A stretch of DNA of 15,902 nt from Candidatus Methylomirabilia bacterium. GTDB lineage: Bacteria > Methylomirabilota > Methylomirabilia > Rokubacteriales > CSP1-6. The translations under genes and the position numbers were made by a program. Shown piece by piece: positions 7,866-15,687 of the stretch; position 1 is the stretch's first letter; every line of letters begins with the position of its first letter. The stretch lies in NCBI GenBank assembly GCA_046758965.1, contig JBHIBG010000062.1:1-15902 (forward strand), written 5' to 3'. The notes under the pieces are model-generated. The model was given only the letters and a program-made list of their open reading frames with translations, made no database searches and was not told the origin of the DNA.

Positions 7866-8843
7866 ATGAGATGGTTCGCGAGACTGTTCGTGGCGCTGAT
7901 GGGCTTGACTCTCGTCAGCGCAGGAGTGACGCTGGCCGCAGAGGTGGAGGTGCTCGCCAGGAAGATCAACAGCAGCGAGGCCCCGAAAATCGACGGCAAG
8001 ATGGACAAGGTCTGGGGCGGGGTGCGGGCGACCAAGGTCATGGCGGCTGGAGGGCCACAGGGAAAGGTCAAGATCAGCCTGAAGGTGCTCTACACCGACA
8101 CTGACGTCTACTTTCTCTTCCGGTGGCCCGACAAGACCAAGAGCTTGAACCGCCTCTACGAATTCGACGGCAAGGAGTGGAAAAAGGTCAAGGGAAACGA
8201 GGACCGGTTCAACCTGGTGTGGGACATCCACAATACCGTCAAGGATTTCCCCGAGAGGGGGTGCATGGCCGTCTGCCACGTGCAGGACAGGAAGCTAGCG
8301 CTGAAGACGAAAGGCCCGGACCAGCACGGCGACATCTGGCACTGGAAGGCCCAGCGGTCGAACCCCGCGGGATATGCGGATGACCAGTGGCTGGGGCATG
8401 AGCTGAAGCAAAAGGGCCACGAGACGACAGCCCGCGGAAACGACAGCAAGACGGCAGGAGGCTACGCGCGCAACTTTGACAAGGACACCAGGAGGCCGAA
8501 GTACACGTTCAAGGAGGGGGTCAAGCCCGGGCCGATGCTCCTGAGAGCGAGTGCAGTGGAGATTCGGGACTACGCCAGGTTCAAGGCCGGCGCCCGCCTG
8601 CCGCGGGAAGTCCTCGCAAAGCCCGTTGGCAGCCGCGGCGACATCGAGGCAAAGGCCGTCTGGGCGAAGCGGCGCTGGACCCTGGAGATGAAGCGGGCAC
8701 GGGACACGGGGGACACGGAGCACGACGTGCAGTTCACCGATTCTGGCCGCCCGTACTACTTTGCGATTTCAATCCACGACAACGCCGATGAGTACCACCA
8801 CGCGCACACCGGCGTAACGGCGTTGAAGCTCCTGCTGAAGTAG
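7866..8843 (+). CDS. Secreted ethylbenzene-dehydrogenase-gamma-related (EB_dh/DOMON-like) heme protein with CX3CH, 325 aa
   Basis: GGAGGGAG RBS and Sec signal. Motifs PKIDG…W, VYFLFRWPD, EDRF, DIWHWKAQR…GYADD, WTLEMKR and YYFAISIHDN. GCMAVCH at 8259-8279. Confidence 0.75.
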   Translation: MRWFARLFVALMGLTLVSAGVTLAAEVEVLARKINSSEAPKIDGKMDKVWGGVRATKVMAAGGPQGKVKISLKVLYTDTDVYFLFRWPDKTKSLNRLYEFDGKEWKKVKGNEDRFNLVWDIHNTVKDFPERGCMAVCHVQDRKLALKTKGPDQHGDIWHWKAQRSNPAGYADDQWLGHELKQKGHETTARGNDSKTAGGYARNFDKDTRRPKYTFKEGVKPGPMLLRASAVEIRDYARFKAGARLPREVLAKPVGSRGDIEAKAVWAKRRWTLEMKRARDTGDTEHDVQFTDSGRPYYFAISIHDNADEYHHAHTGVTALKLLLK

Positions 8844-8854
8844 GACGAATTCGC

Positions 8855-8912
8855 CCCCTCCTCTTTCTCCTCTCCCCCAGATGATGCGAGGGGAGAGGAG
8901 AAGGGGGAAGGG
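8855..8912. repeat. Long pyrimidine/purine inverted repeat (REP-like hairpin) between the EB_dh and porin genes
   Basis: TTCTCCTCTCCCC (8865-8877) pairs perfectly with GGGGAGAGGAGAA (8890-8902) and extends with G-U pairs. No U-tract on either side. Confidence 0.7.
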
Positions 8913-8928
8913 CCATCGGGAGAACAAG

Positions 8929-10140
8929 ATGATACGGCGACCACGAGGGGCTGTTGCAGTGGCTGTACTGGTCATGGGACTGATGACAAGCCATGGTCTG
9001 GATCCGGAGCTTGTCGCCGCACAATCTGCCCGACAAATCGAGGAGCAACATGATGACCTGCGAGCGAAGGTCGAGCGCCTGATTGAACAGCTGGGGAACC
9101 TGCATTTGGGCCTGGGGTTTACCGGCGTCCTCCAGGGCACCGCGAACAACGCAGACAACAATCCGAAGGAGGGGAACAGCACGGACGCGACTTGGTCAGT
9201 GGACCTTGAGGTCGGCGCCCCAATTGGAGAGCGGGGTGAGGCCTTCCTGCTCGTCGAAGCCGGCCAGGGGGCGGGTCTAACCGATGAGCTCGGGGTAGGC
9301 GCTTCATTTTTTGGTGTCAACGATGACGCTGGAGACTCCGAAGCCCGCCTCGCGGTTACCGAGGCGTGGTACGAACACCACTTGTGGGGAGAACGAGCCG
9401 TTCTCACGGCCGGCAAGGTCGATCTGACCAATTACTTCGACGCGAACCAGGTGGCCAACGATGAAACCACACAGTTCCTCTCTTCGGGCCTGGTCAACTC
9501 GATTGCGGTCGAGTTCCCCGGGGATAATTCATTTGGTGCCCGGCTAACGCTCAATCCCATCCGTTGGCTAGACCTGAGCGTCGGGTGGGGAGAAGCGGAC
9601 GCCGACTTTGAGAATGTCTTTGAAGACGCGTTTGTGATTCTCGAGGTCGGGATCCAGCCAACCATCGCCAACCGGGAGGGCAATTACCGGATCTATGGGT
9701 GGATGAATGTGGCTGATCACGCGGAATTCGCCGACCCCACGAATCTCGACGAGGACAACAAAGGTGTCGGTCTCAGCCTGGATCAGCAGGTGCTCGACCT
9801 GGTGACCGTCTTTTTCCGGCTGGCTATCCAGGATGAGGACGTCAGCTCCGTCAGGACCGTCTGGAGTACGGGCCTAGAATCCAGGGGAACCTGGTGGTGG
9901 CGGAAAAAGGACATCGTAGCAGTGGCCGTCGGCCAGGCCAGACTCAGCCCCAAGTTCAAGGGCACTGCCCAGGCCCCTGGGGAACCGGACGACGAGTTGT
10001 TCATCGAAGCCTACTATCGCTTCGTCGTCAGCGAAAACCTTGCCCTGTCAGCCCATCTGCAGGTCATTGACAACCCCGGTGGGGACGCGGCCCTGGACAC
10101 GGTGACTGTCCTAGGAGGGCGGGTGCAGGTGAACTTCTAA
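8929..10140 (+). CDS. Outer-membrane beta-barrel porin, OprB (carbohydrate-selective porin)-like, 403 aa
   Basis: GGGAGA RBS before ATG8929, signal-like N-terminus and a short coiled-coil (QIEEQHDDLRAKVERLIEQL). Motifs EAWYEH, GKVDLTNYFDANQVANDETTQFL, GNYRIYGW and EAYYRF. Ends in a C-terminal Phe (GGRVQVNF), the beta-signal. Confidence 0.82.
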   Translation: MIRRPRGAVAVAVLVMGLMTSHGLDPELVAAQSARQIEEQHDDLRAKVERLIEQLGNLHLGLGFTGVLQGTANNADNNPKEGNSTDATWSVDLEVGAPIGERGEAFLLVEAGQGAGLTDELGVGASFFGVNDDAGDSEARLAVTEAWYEHHLWGERAVLTAGKVDLTNYFDANQVANDETTQFLSSGLVNSIAVEFPGDNSFGARLTLNPIRWLDLSVGWGEADADFENVFEDAFVILEVGIQPTIANREGNYRIYGWMNVADHAEFADPTNLDEDNKGVGLSLDQQVLDLVTVFFRLAIQDEDVSSVRTVWSTGLESRGTWWWRKKDIVAVAVGQARLSPKFKGTAQAPGEPDDELFIEAYYRFVVSENLALSAHLQVIDNPGGDAALDTVTVLGGRVQVNF

Positions 10141-10293
10141 CCTCAATCCGAAGATACGTCGGTTTCCCCTCCTCACCCCGCCCTCTGCCTCAATGGGACC
10201 GAAAATGGGCGAATCCGAGAGCACATTCTTCCGGATCAGACTCAGATAGTAGGAGGTTGGATGGCGAATATCTGATGTCGGTGATGGTGGGAG

Positions 10294-11865
10294 ATGACCG
10301 GGGCGAAGCGAAAAACCCTTGCCAGGCGGCTCATGATCGGGTTCCTGGCGGTGACCGTTCCGGGAACCGTCATTCTCGGGGCGGTCACACTCTACTCGAT
10401 CTGGTCACTGGGGAAAGTGAACGATCAGCTCGAGGAGATCAGTCTGTCCCTCAAGGCGACCTGGGAGCTCCACCTGTCCCTCATGGCGGCGGCAGCCCCG
10501 CTGCGGGAGTATCTGCTGCGCGGCGGTCAGGCGCGCCAGCAGGAGTTCGATCGGCTGATTCGGGTCGTCGATGAGAAGATAGCCTCCTGCGCCTCGGTGG
10601 CCTGTCACGTGGCGTCACAGACGCCCAGGGAGATGGCAAGCCGCCTGGCCCCGACGATTGACCAGCTCCGGAGGAAAGGAGGGGTGATCTTCCAGACAGC
10701 TCGACCTGCGAGCAAGTCCGACGGCCTCCTCCGCATGACGGAGATTGAACAGCTGGTCTCCGGGCCCAACCGGCAGCTTCATCGCATGTCGGCCGCCCTC
10801 CTTCTTCGGGTGCAGGTCCTCCGACGGCAGTCTGACGCGGTGATCCGGCAGGCTTCTGTCCTGACAGCCTCGCTGACCTTCGCCATTGTCCTGCTCGTGT
10901 GTGGGGTGGCCATGGTCCTCGCGAAGTGGATCTCCAGTCCCCTTCAGGAATTGCTCCTGGGAACCCGGCGGGTCATGGCCGGGGACTGGGGATACCGGGT
11001 GGGAGTGAGGGACTCGGGGGAGATCAGCGAGCTGGCCGGATCATTCAACACCATGGTAGAGGAACTCCGACATCATAGAGAGCGGCTCGAGGAGTACAGC
11101 CGCTCCCTGGAGGAGCTGATCCGGGAGCGGACTGATGAGCTGAAGCGGAAGGACGAGGCTCTCGTCCAGTCAGAAAAACTGGCCTCTCTCGGGCTTCTGG
11201 CCAGCGGCGTGGCCCATGAGCTCAACAACCCCCTGACCAGTATCCTGATGAGCGCGAACCTGATGATCGAGGAGGTGGGGAAGGGCTCGCCCCTTCACGC
11301 AGACCTTGAAAGAATCGACATGGACGCGACTCGCTGCAAGCGCATCATTGACGACCTCCGCGCCTTCTCACGGCGTCGGGAGCTCGAGAAGGCGCCCAGC
11401 CGGGTGGAGGCGGTGGTGGAGCAGGCCCTCAGCATGGTCGGGCACGAGCTGGATCTCCGGGGGATTCGGGTTGAGCGGGAGATCCCGGCGGCTCTTCCGG
11501 AAATCATCTGGGATCCGGAGCGGATGGCCCAGGTCCTTACCAACCTCTTCATCAACGCCGCCCAGGCGATGGAGCAGGGGGGGCGCCTGGTCATCAGGGC
11601 TCGAAGGGAAAATGGCTGGCTCGGCATCGAGGTCCTCGACACCGGCGCCGGAATACCCCGCGAGCACTGCCCGCGAATCTTCGACCCCTTCTTCACCACC
11701 AAGCCGGACGGCACGGGGCTGGGGCTCTCGATCAGCTACGGTATTGTCCAGGAGCACGGCGGCCGGTTCGAGATGGAGAGCCGCACGAGAGAGGACGTCG
11801 GTCCGAATGGTGAGACCGGAACCACCGTGAGAATCGTGCTCCCCCTTGCGGAGGGGAGAGCATGA
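10294..11865 (+). CDS. Membrane sensor histidine kinase (NtrB-like; 2 TM, HAMP, HisKA, HATPase) with periplasmic CX4CH, 523 aa
   Basis: H-box GVAHELNNPL, N-box NLFINAAQAM, DTGAGI, IFDPFFTTK and GTGLGLSIS. HAMP region (…GEISELAGSFNTM). CASVACH lies between the two TMs. Confidence 0.93.
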   Translation: MTGAKRKTLARRLMIGFLAVTVPGTVILGAVTLYSIWSLGKVNDQLEEISLSLKATWELHLSLMAAAAPLREYLLRGGQARQQEFDRLIRVVDEKIASCASVACHVASQTPREMASRLAPTIDQLRRKGGVIFQTARPASKSDGLLRMTEIEQLVSGPNRQLHRMSAALLLRVQVLRRQSDAVIRQASVLTASLTFAIVLLVCGVAMVLAKWISSPLQELLLGTRRVMAGDWGYRVGVRDSGEISELAGSFNTMVEELRHHRERLEEYSRSLEELIRERTDELKRKDEALVQSEKLASLGLLASGVAHELNNPLTSILMSANLMIEEVGKGSPLHADLERIDMDATRCKRIIDDLRAFSRRRELEKAPSRVEAVVEQALSMVGHELDLRGIRVEREIPAALPEIIWDPERMAQVLTNLFINAAQAMEQGGRLVIRARRENGWLGIEVLDTGAGIPREHCPRIFDPFFTTKPDGTGLGLSISYGIVQEHGGRFEMESRTREDVGPNGETGTTVRIVLPLAEGRA

Positions 11866-13277
11866 GCGATTCGGCCTCGGGACGGGTCTTGGTGGTGGAC
11901 GACGAGCCGAACATCTGCGAGTTGATCAAAAAGGCGCTGGAGCGGATCGGCTACTCGGTGGATGTGGCCCCGACTGCCGAAGCGGCCCTGGCCAGGCTGG
12001 AGCGGACCCCCGTGGAATTGGTCCTCTGTGACATCAAGCTGCCGGGCACGGACGGGATGGAGCTGCTCGGGCGAATCAAGGAGTCCCATCCCGAAACCGT
12101 GGTGGTCATGATTACCGGCTATGCCTCCATCGAATCGGCGGTGGCCGCCATCAAGTGCGGGGCCTCGGACTACCTCGCCAAGCCTTTCGGCCCGGAGCAG
12201 CTCCGCCACGTGGTCGGCAAGGCCCTGGAGCAGAAGCGGCTTCTGGAGGAGAACGTCTACCTAAAGGGGGAGCTCCGGCACCTCTTCGGGGAGCAGGTGG
12301 TCGTCGGGCAGAGTCCCGCCATGCGCGCCCTCTTCGACCTCGCCCGGACCGTGGCGGCCACTGACTCCAGCGTGCTCATCACGGGCGAGAGCGGGTCCGG
12401 CAAGGAGGTCGTGGCGCGCTTCATCCATGCCGGGAGTCACCGGAAAGATCGTCCCTTCATCACCGTGAACTGCGCGGCCATCCCGCCGAATCTGCTGGAG
12501 TCGGAGCTTTTCGGCCACCGCCGAGGAGCCTTCACGGGGGCGGTCTTCACCCGGCGGGGGAGCTTTGAGCTGGCCGACGGTGGCACCCTCTTCTTCGACG
12601 AGATCGGAGAGATGCCGCTGGAGATGCAGGCCAAGATCCTCCGAAGCTTGGAGGAGCGGCAGATCAAGCGGGTGGGCTCGGAGGAGCCCCTCCCCGTGAA
12701 CGTCAGGATCATCGCTGCCAGCAACAAGGATCTGGAGCAGGGGATCAAGGCCGGGAGGTTCCGCGAAGACCTCTACTGGCGTCTGAACGTGGTGCAGCTC
12801 GTGGTGCCGCCTCTGCGCGAGCACCCGGAGGATGTCCTTCCCCTCGCCCGCCACTTCCTGGCCCTCTACGGGCGGGAGCAGAAGAAAGCCGTACCGGACT
12901 TTTCGAGTGAGGTCGTCCAGGCCTTCGCGCGATACGACTGGCCGGGAAACGTTCGGGAGCTCCGGAACGCCGTTGAGCGGGCGGTCATCTTCGCCGAAGC
13001 AGGGAAGCCGATCCGCCTCGCCCATCTTCCCCCCCATATCAGTCACGAGCCTCCCCGGGCGGCAGTGTCCTCTTCGAAGCCATTCCGGACCCTCCGGGAA
13101 GTGGAGCTTCAGTACATCCGCGAGGTTCTGGGGGCCTGCGGCGGCAACCGGACCCAGGCCGCCGAGATCCTCGGGGTCTCCCCCGTGACCCTCTGGCGAA
13201 AGCTGGGAAAGGAGAGCGCTGGCGAGGAAGCTCGGCAATCAAGGAGTTGCGAGCGATCTTCGGAAGAGCAAGGGTGA
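11862..13277 (+). CDS. Sigma-54-dependent response regulator (NtrC/AtoC family), 471 aa
   Basis: Receiver (VVDDE…LCDIKLPG…DYLAKPF), Walker A GESGSGKE, ESELFGH..GAFTGA, Walker B FFDEIGEM, WPGNVRELRN and a Fis-type HTH (GNRTQAAEILGVSPVTLWRKL). ATGA-coupled to the kinase. Confidence 0.96.
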   Translation: MSDSASGRVLVVDDEPNICELIKKALERIGYSVDVAPTAEAALARLERTPVELVLCDIKLPGTDGMELLGRIKESHPETVVVMITGYASIESAVAAIKCGASDYLAKPFGPEQLRHVVGKALEQKRLLEENVYLKGELRHLFGEQVVVGQSPAMRALFDLARTVAATDSSVLITGESGSGKEVVARFIHAGSHRKDRPFITVNCAAIPPNLLESELFGHRRGAFTGAVFTRRGSFELADGGTLFFDEIGEMPLEMQAKILRSLEERQIKRVGSEEPLPVNVRIIAASNKDLEQGIKAGRFREDLYWRLNVVQLVVPPLREHPEDVLPLARHFLALYGREQKKAVPDFSSEVVQAFARYDWPGNVRELRNAVERAVIFAEAGKPIRLAHLPPHISHEPPRAAVSSSKPFRTLREVELQYIREVLGACGGNRTQAAEILGVSPVTLWRKLGKESAGEEARQSRSCERSSEEQG

Positions 13278-13281
13278 TCGA

Positions 13282-14748
13282 ATGGGATCCTCCATCGGCA
13301 TCAGGTTGTTCGTTGGATTCCTCGCCATAATCTTCGTGACCGGCCTCATCGTCCTGGTGGCCATCGGTCGCCTCTCGGAGCTCCGTTCGATTGCGACGGA
13401 GTTGATGCAGAAAGAGATTCCGGAGGTGCACGTCCTCTGGAAGATCAGGTCCCTCCTCTCAGAGATGGAGACCGATGTGCGACACCTCCTTCTCAAGCAT
13501 GAGCGGGAGAACCATCTCCTCCACGTGTGGGAGCAGGACACACGTGTAAGAGAATCCTTGGAGACGTTTCGGAGCCTCCATCCTCTTCTGCCAGAGAAAG
13601 AAGAGCAGTTGGTGGTGGAATTAGCCAGCCGCTACCGATCGTTCCGAAAGGCAACGGCCAACGTCATCACCCTCGTCCAACGGGGAGAAGAGACGAAGGC
13701 CAGAGCGCTGTTCCTCGGCACATGGGAGGAGCATCACCAGGCAACCCTGGAAAGCCTCGTTCGCCTTCTGGCTTATGAAGATCAAGAGATGGAGCGAAGG
13801 GTAGCCCTCGCTCAGGCCAAGAGCCGTTCGAGCCACAGGATGATCATCGCGCTAGGTGCGGTCGGTCTTTTCTTGAGCCTGGCGCTGGCCCTGGGGATCA
13901 CCTTCTCCCTCACACGGCCCATCACGAAGCTTGTCGAGGCGACGGAGCGGGTCACTGGAGGGGATCTCGCGTCGAAGGCCGAGATCATCAGGCAGGATGA
14001 GATCGGTCTGCTCGCCCGGGGGTTCAACGAGATGCTGGACCGGCTGAACAGATCCTTCGAGGATCAGCGGCGCTTCTACGCCGATGCCTCGCACGAGCTC
14101 CGGACCCCCCTGACGATCATCAGGGGCGAGGCCGAGGTCGCTCTTCGAGAGCCGGAGAAATCCGTGAAGGCGTATCGCGAGGCCCTGGAGACCGTCAATG
14201 CCGTGGCCAGCCAGATGGGGCGATTGGTCGATGAACTCCTGTTCCTGGCGAGGTCCGAGGCCGGGCAGATCCGATACGAGATGGCGGAGGTCGCCCTGGC
14301 CCCGCTCCTCGAGGAGGTTGCTCGTCAGAGTGAAGGCCTGTCCGCGTTGAAAGGGGTGCACCTGGAAACTGATGTCAGCAGGCGGATGGCGGTCCGGGGA
14401 GACCCTCAGCGTTTACGCCAGCTCTTCCTCGTCCTCGTGGATAACGCGATCAAATATACAGCCCCCGGAGGGAAGGTGACGTTGGCCCTCAAAGCTGAAC
14501 CCGACCGGGCCAGAGTGCTGGTGTCCGATACCGGGATCGGGATCCCGGAAAGGGATCTGCCCCACATCTTTGAGCGCTTCTACCGGGTGGACGGCGCGGG
14601 AGCGAGGCCTGAAGAGGGGACGGGCCTTGGCCTCGCCATCGCCCGATCGATCGTGAGAGCCCATCAGGGGGAGATCTTCGTCGACAGCGCGCTTGGGCGA
14701 GGGACGACGGTGTCGGTCCTCCTCCCCCACGTCTCATCCCGAGGATGA
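13282..14748 (+). CDS. Membrane sensor histidine kinase (OmpR-partner class, CusS-like) with helical periplasmic domain and HAMP, 488 aa
   Basis: Two TMs and HAMP (DEIGLLARGFNEML). H-box DASHELRTPL, LVDNAIKYT, DTGIGI, IFERFYR and GTGLGLAIA. Confidence 0.94.
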   Translation: MGSSIGIRLFVGFLAIIFVTGLIVLVAIGRLSELRSIATELMQKEIPEVHVLWKIRSLLSEMETDVRHLLLKHERENHLLHVWEQDTRVRESLETFRSLHPLLPEKEEQLVVELASRYRSFRKATANVITLVQRGEETKARALFLGTWEEHHQATLESLVRLLAYEDQEMERRVALAQAKSRSSHRMIIALGAVGLFLSLALALGITFSLTRPITKLVEATERVTGGDLASKAEIIRQDEIGLLARGFNEMLDRLNRSFEDQRRFYADASHELRTPLTIIRGEAEVALREPEKSVKAYREALETVNAVASQMGRLVDELLFLARSEAGQIRYEMAEVALAPLLEEVARQSEGLSALKGVHLETDVSRRMAVRGDPQRLRQLFLVLVDNAIKYTAPGGKVTLALKAEPDRARVLVSDTGIGIPERDLPHIFERFYRVDGAGARPEEGTGLGLAIARSIVRAHQGEIFVDSALGRGTTVSVLLPHVSSRG

Positions 14749-14757
14749 AGGTGTCGC

Positions 14758-15429
14758 ATGCGCCTCTTGCTCATCGAGGATGACAACCGGGTCGCCAGGT
14801 TCATCAAGAAAGGCCTGGAGGCCGAACAGTACCGGGTGGAGGTCGCTTCCGACGGCGAGCAGGGGATCGAGATGGGGCTGACCGGGAGCTACGATCTCAT
14901 CCTTCTTGACATCATTCTTCCCGTCAAGAACGGGATCGAGGTCTGCCGACAGTTGCGGGAGCGCGGCATCCAGATCCCGATCCTGATGCTCACCGCCAAG
15001 GACGCGCTGGAGGACAAGGTGATAGGCCTCGGGGCGGGGGCTGATGACTACCTGACCAAGCCCTTCGCCTTCGAGGAGCTGGTGGCCCGGATCCAGGCCC
15101 TCCTCCGTCGACGGGGGGATCTCGACGTTGCGCCGAGGCTCCAGGTGGCCGACCTGGTCCTCGATAGGAACACCCACGAGGTCAGGAGGGCAGGGAAGCT
15201 TATCCAGCTCACCCACACGGAGTTCGCCCTCCTGGAGTATCTGATGCGGCGTGCCGATCGGGTCTTGAGCCGGACCTTGATCGAGCAACAGGTCTGGGGC
15301 TACCACCATGATCCGTTGACTAACGTGGTGGATGTCTACATCTTGCATCTTCGGCGGAAGATCGATCACGGCTTCAAGCAGCAACTGATCCAGACGGTTC
15401 GCGGGGTCGGATACCAGCTCAAAGCCTGA
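14758..15429 (+). CDS. OmpR/PhoB-family response regulator (CusR/CopR-like), 223 aa
   Basis: MRLLLIEDD, LILLDIILP, MLTAKD and GADDYLTKPF. Winged-helix NVVDVYILHLRRKID…IQTVRGVGY. Confidence 0.96.
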   Translation: MRLLLIEDDNRVARFIKKGLEAEQYRVEVASDGEQGIEMGLTGSYDLILLDIILPVKNGIEVCRQLRERGIQIPILMLTAKDALEDKVIGLGAGADDYLTKPFAFEELVARIQALLRRRGDLDVAPRLQVADLVLDRNTHEVRRAGKLIQLTHTEFALLEYLMRRADRVLSRTLIEQQVWGYHHDPLTNVVDVYILHLRRKIDHGFKQQLIQTVRGVGYQLKA

Positions 15430-15477
15430 CGATTTTCCCCGCTCTCCCTCCGCGCCTCCCCCGACGATCCCCGGTTT

Positions 15478-15538
15478 TTCATCGAATGTTCATCGTTTCT
15501 TCATCGCCTTTTCACTTGCTGCTCATCACGTTTCCATC
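15478..15538 (+). promoter_or_regulatory. Six tandem TTCATC-like direct repeats at exact 11-bp spacing; putative OmpR/PhoB-family binding array
   Basis: TTCATC at 15478, 15489 and 15500; TTCACT at 15511; CTCATC at 15522; TCCATC at 15533. Possible -10 element TATCTT at 15552-15557. Confidence 0.7.
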
Positions 15539-15575
15539 TTCGAGGAGTAACTATCTTACGAGGAATCGCAATCGC

Positions 15576-15603
15576 GCGAGGGTTGCTTGCAAGCAGCCTT
15601 CGC
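15576..15603 (+). other. Inverted repeat/hairpin in the putative 5' leader of the last gene
   Basis: GCGAGGGTTGCTT-GC-AAGCAGCCTTCGC: 13-bp arms including two G-U pairs, ending just before the AGGAGG at 15608-15613. Confidence 0.55.
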
Positions 15604-15687
15604 AAGAAGGAGGAACAGGCGATGAGGAAACGAACTGGACCGTTGGTTCTCGGGACACTGAACGCCTTTTGTAAGGAGGGAAAGGTC

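Noticed and set aside
8881..8928. Porin start at 8881
   Set aside because: Lies inside the inverted repeat with no RBS. ATG8929 has GGGAGA upstream.
10262..10276. Possible sigma-54 promoter TGGCGAATATCTGAT (also TGGC at 2600 and TGGCACG at 15861)
   Set aside because: None has GC at the required GG-N10-GC spacing, and the last lies inside a CDS. The NtrC-type target promoter is probably outside the window.
15478..15538. CRISPR array or coding microsatellite
   Set aside because: Units are only 11 bp with a 6-bp core, and there are no spacers or cas genes. This fits transcription-factor boxes better.
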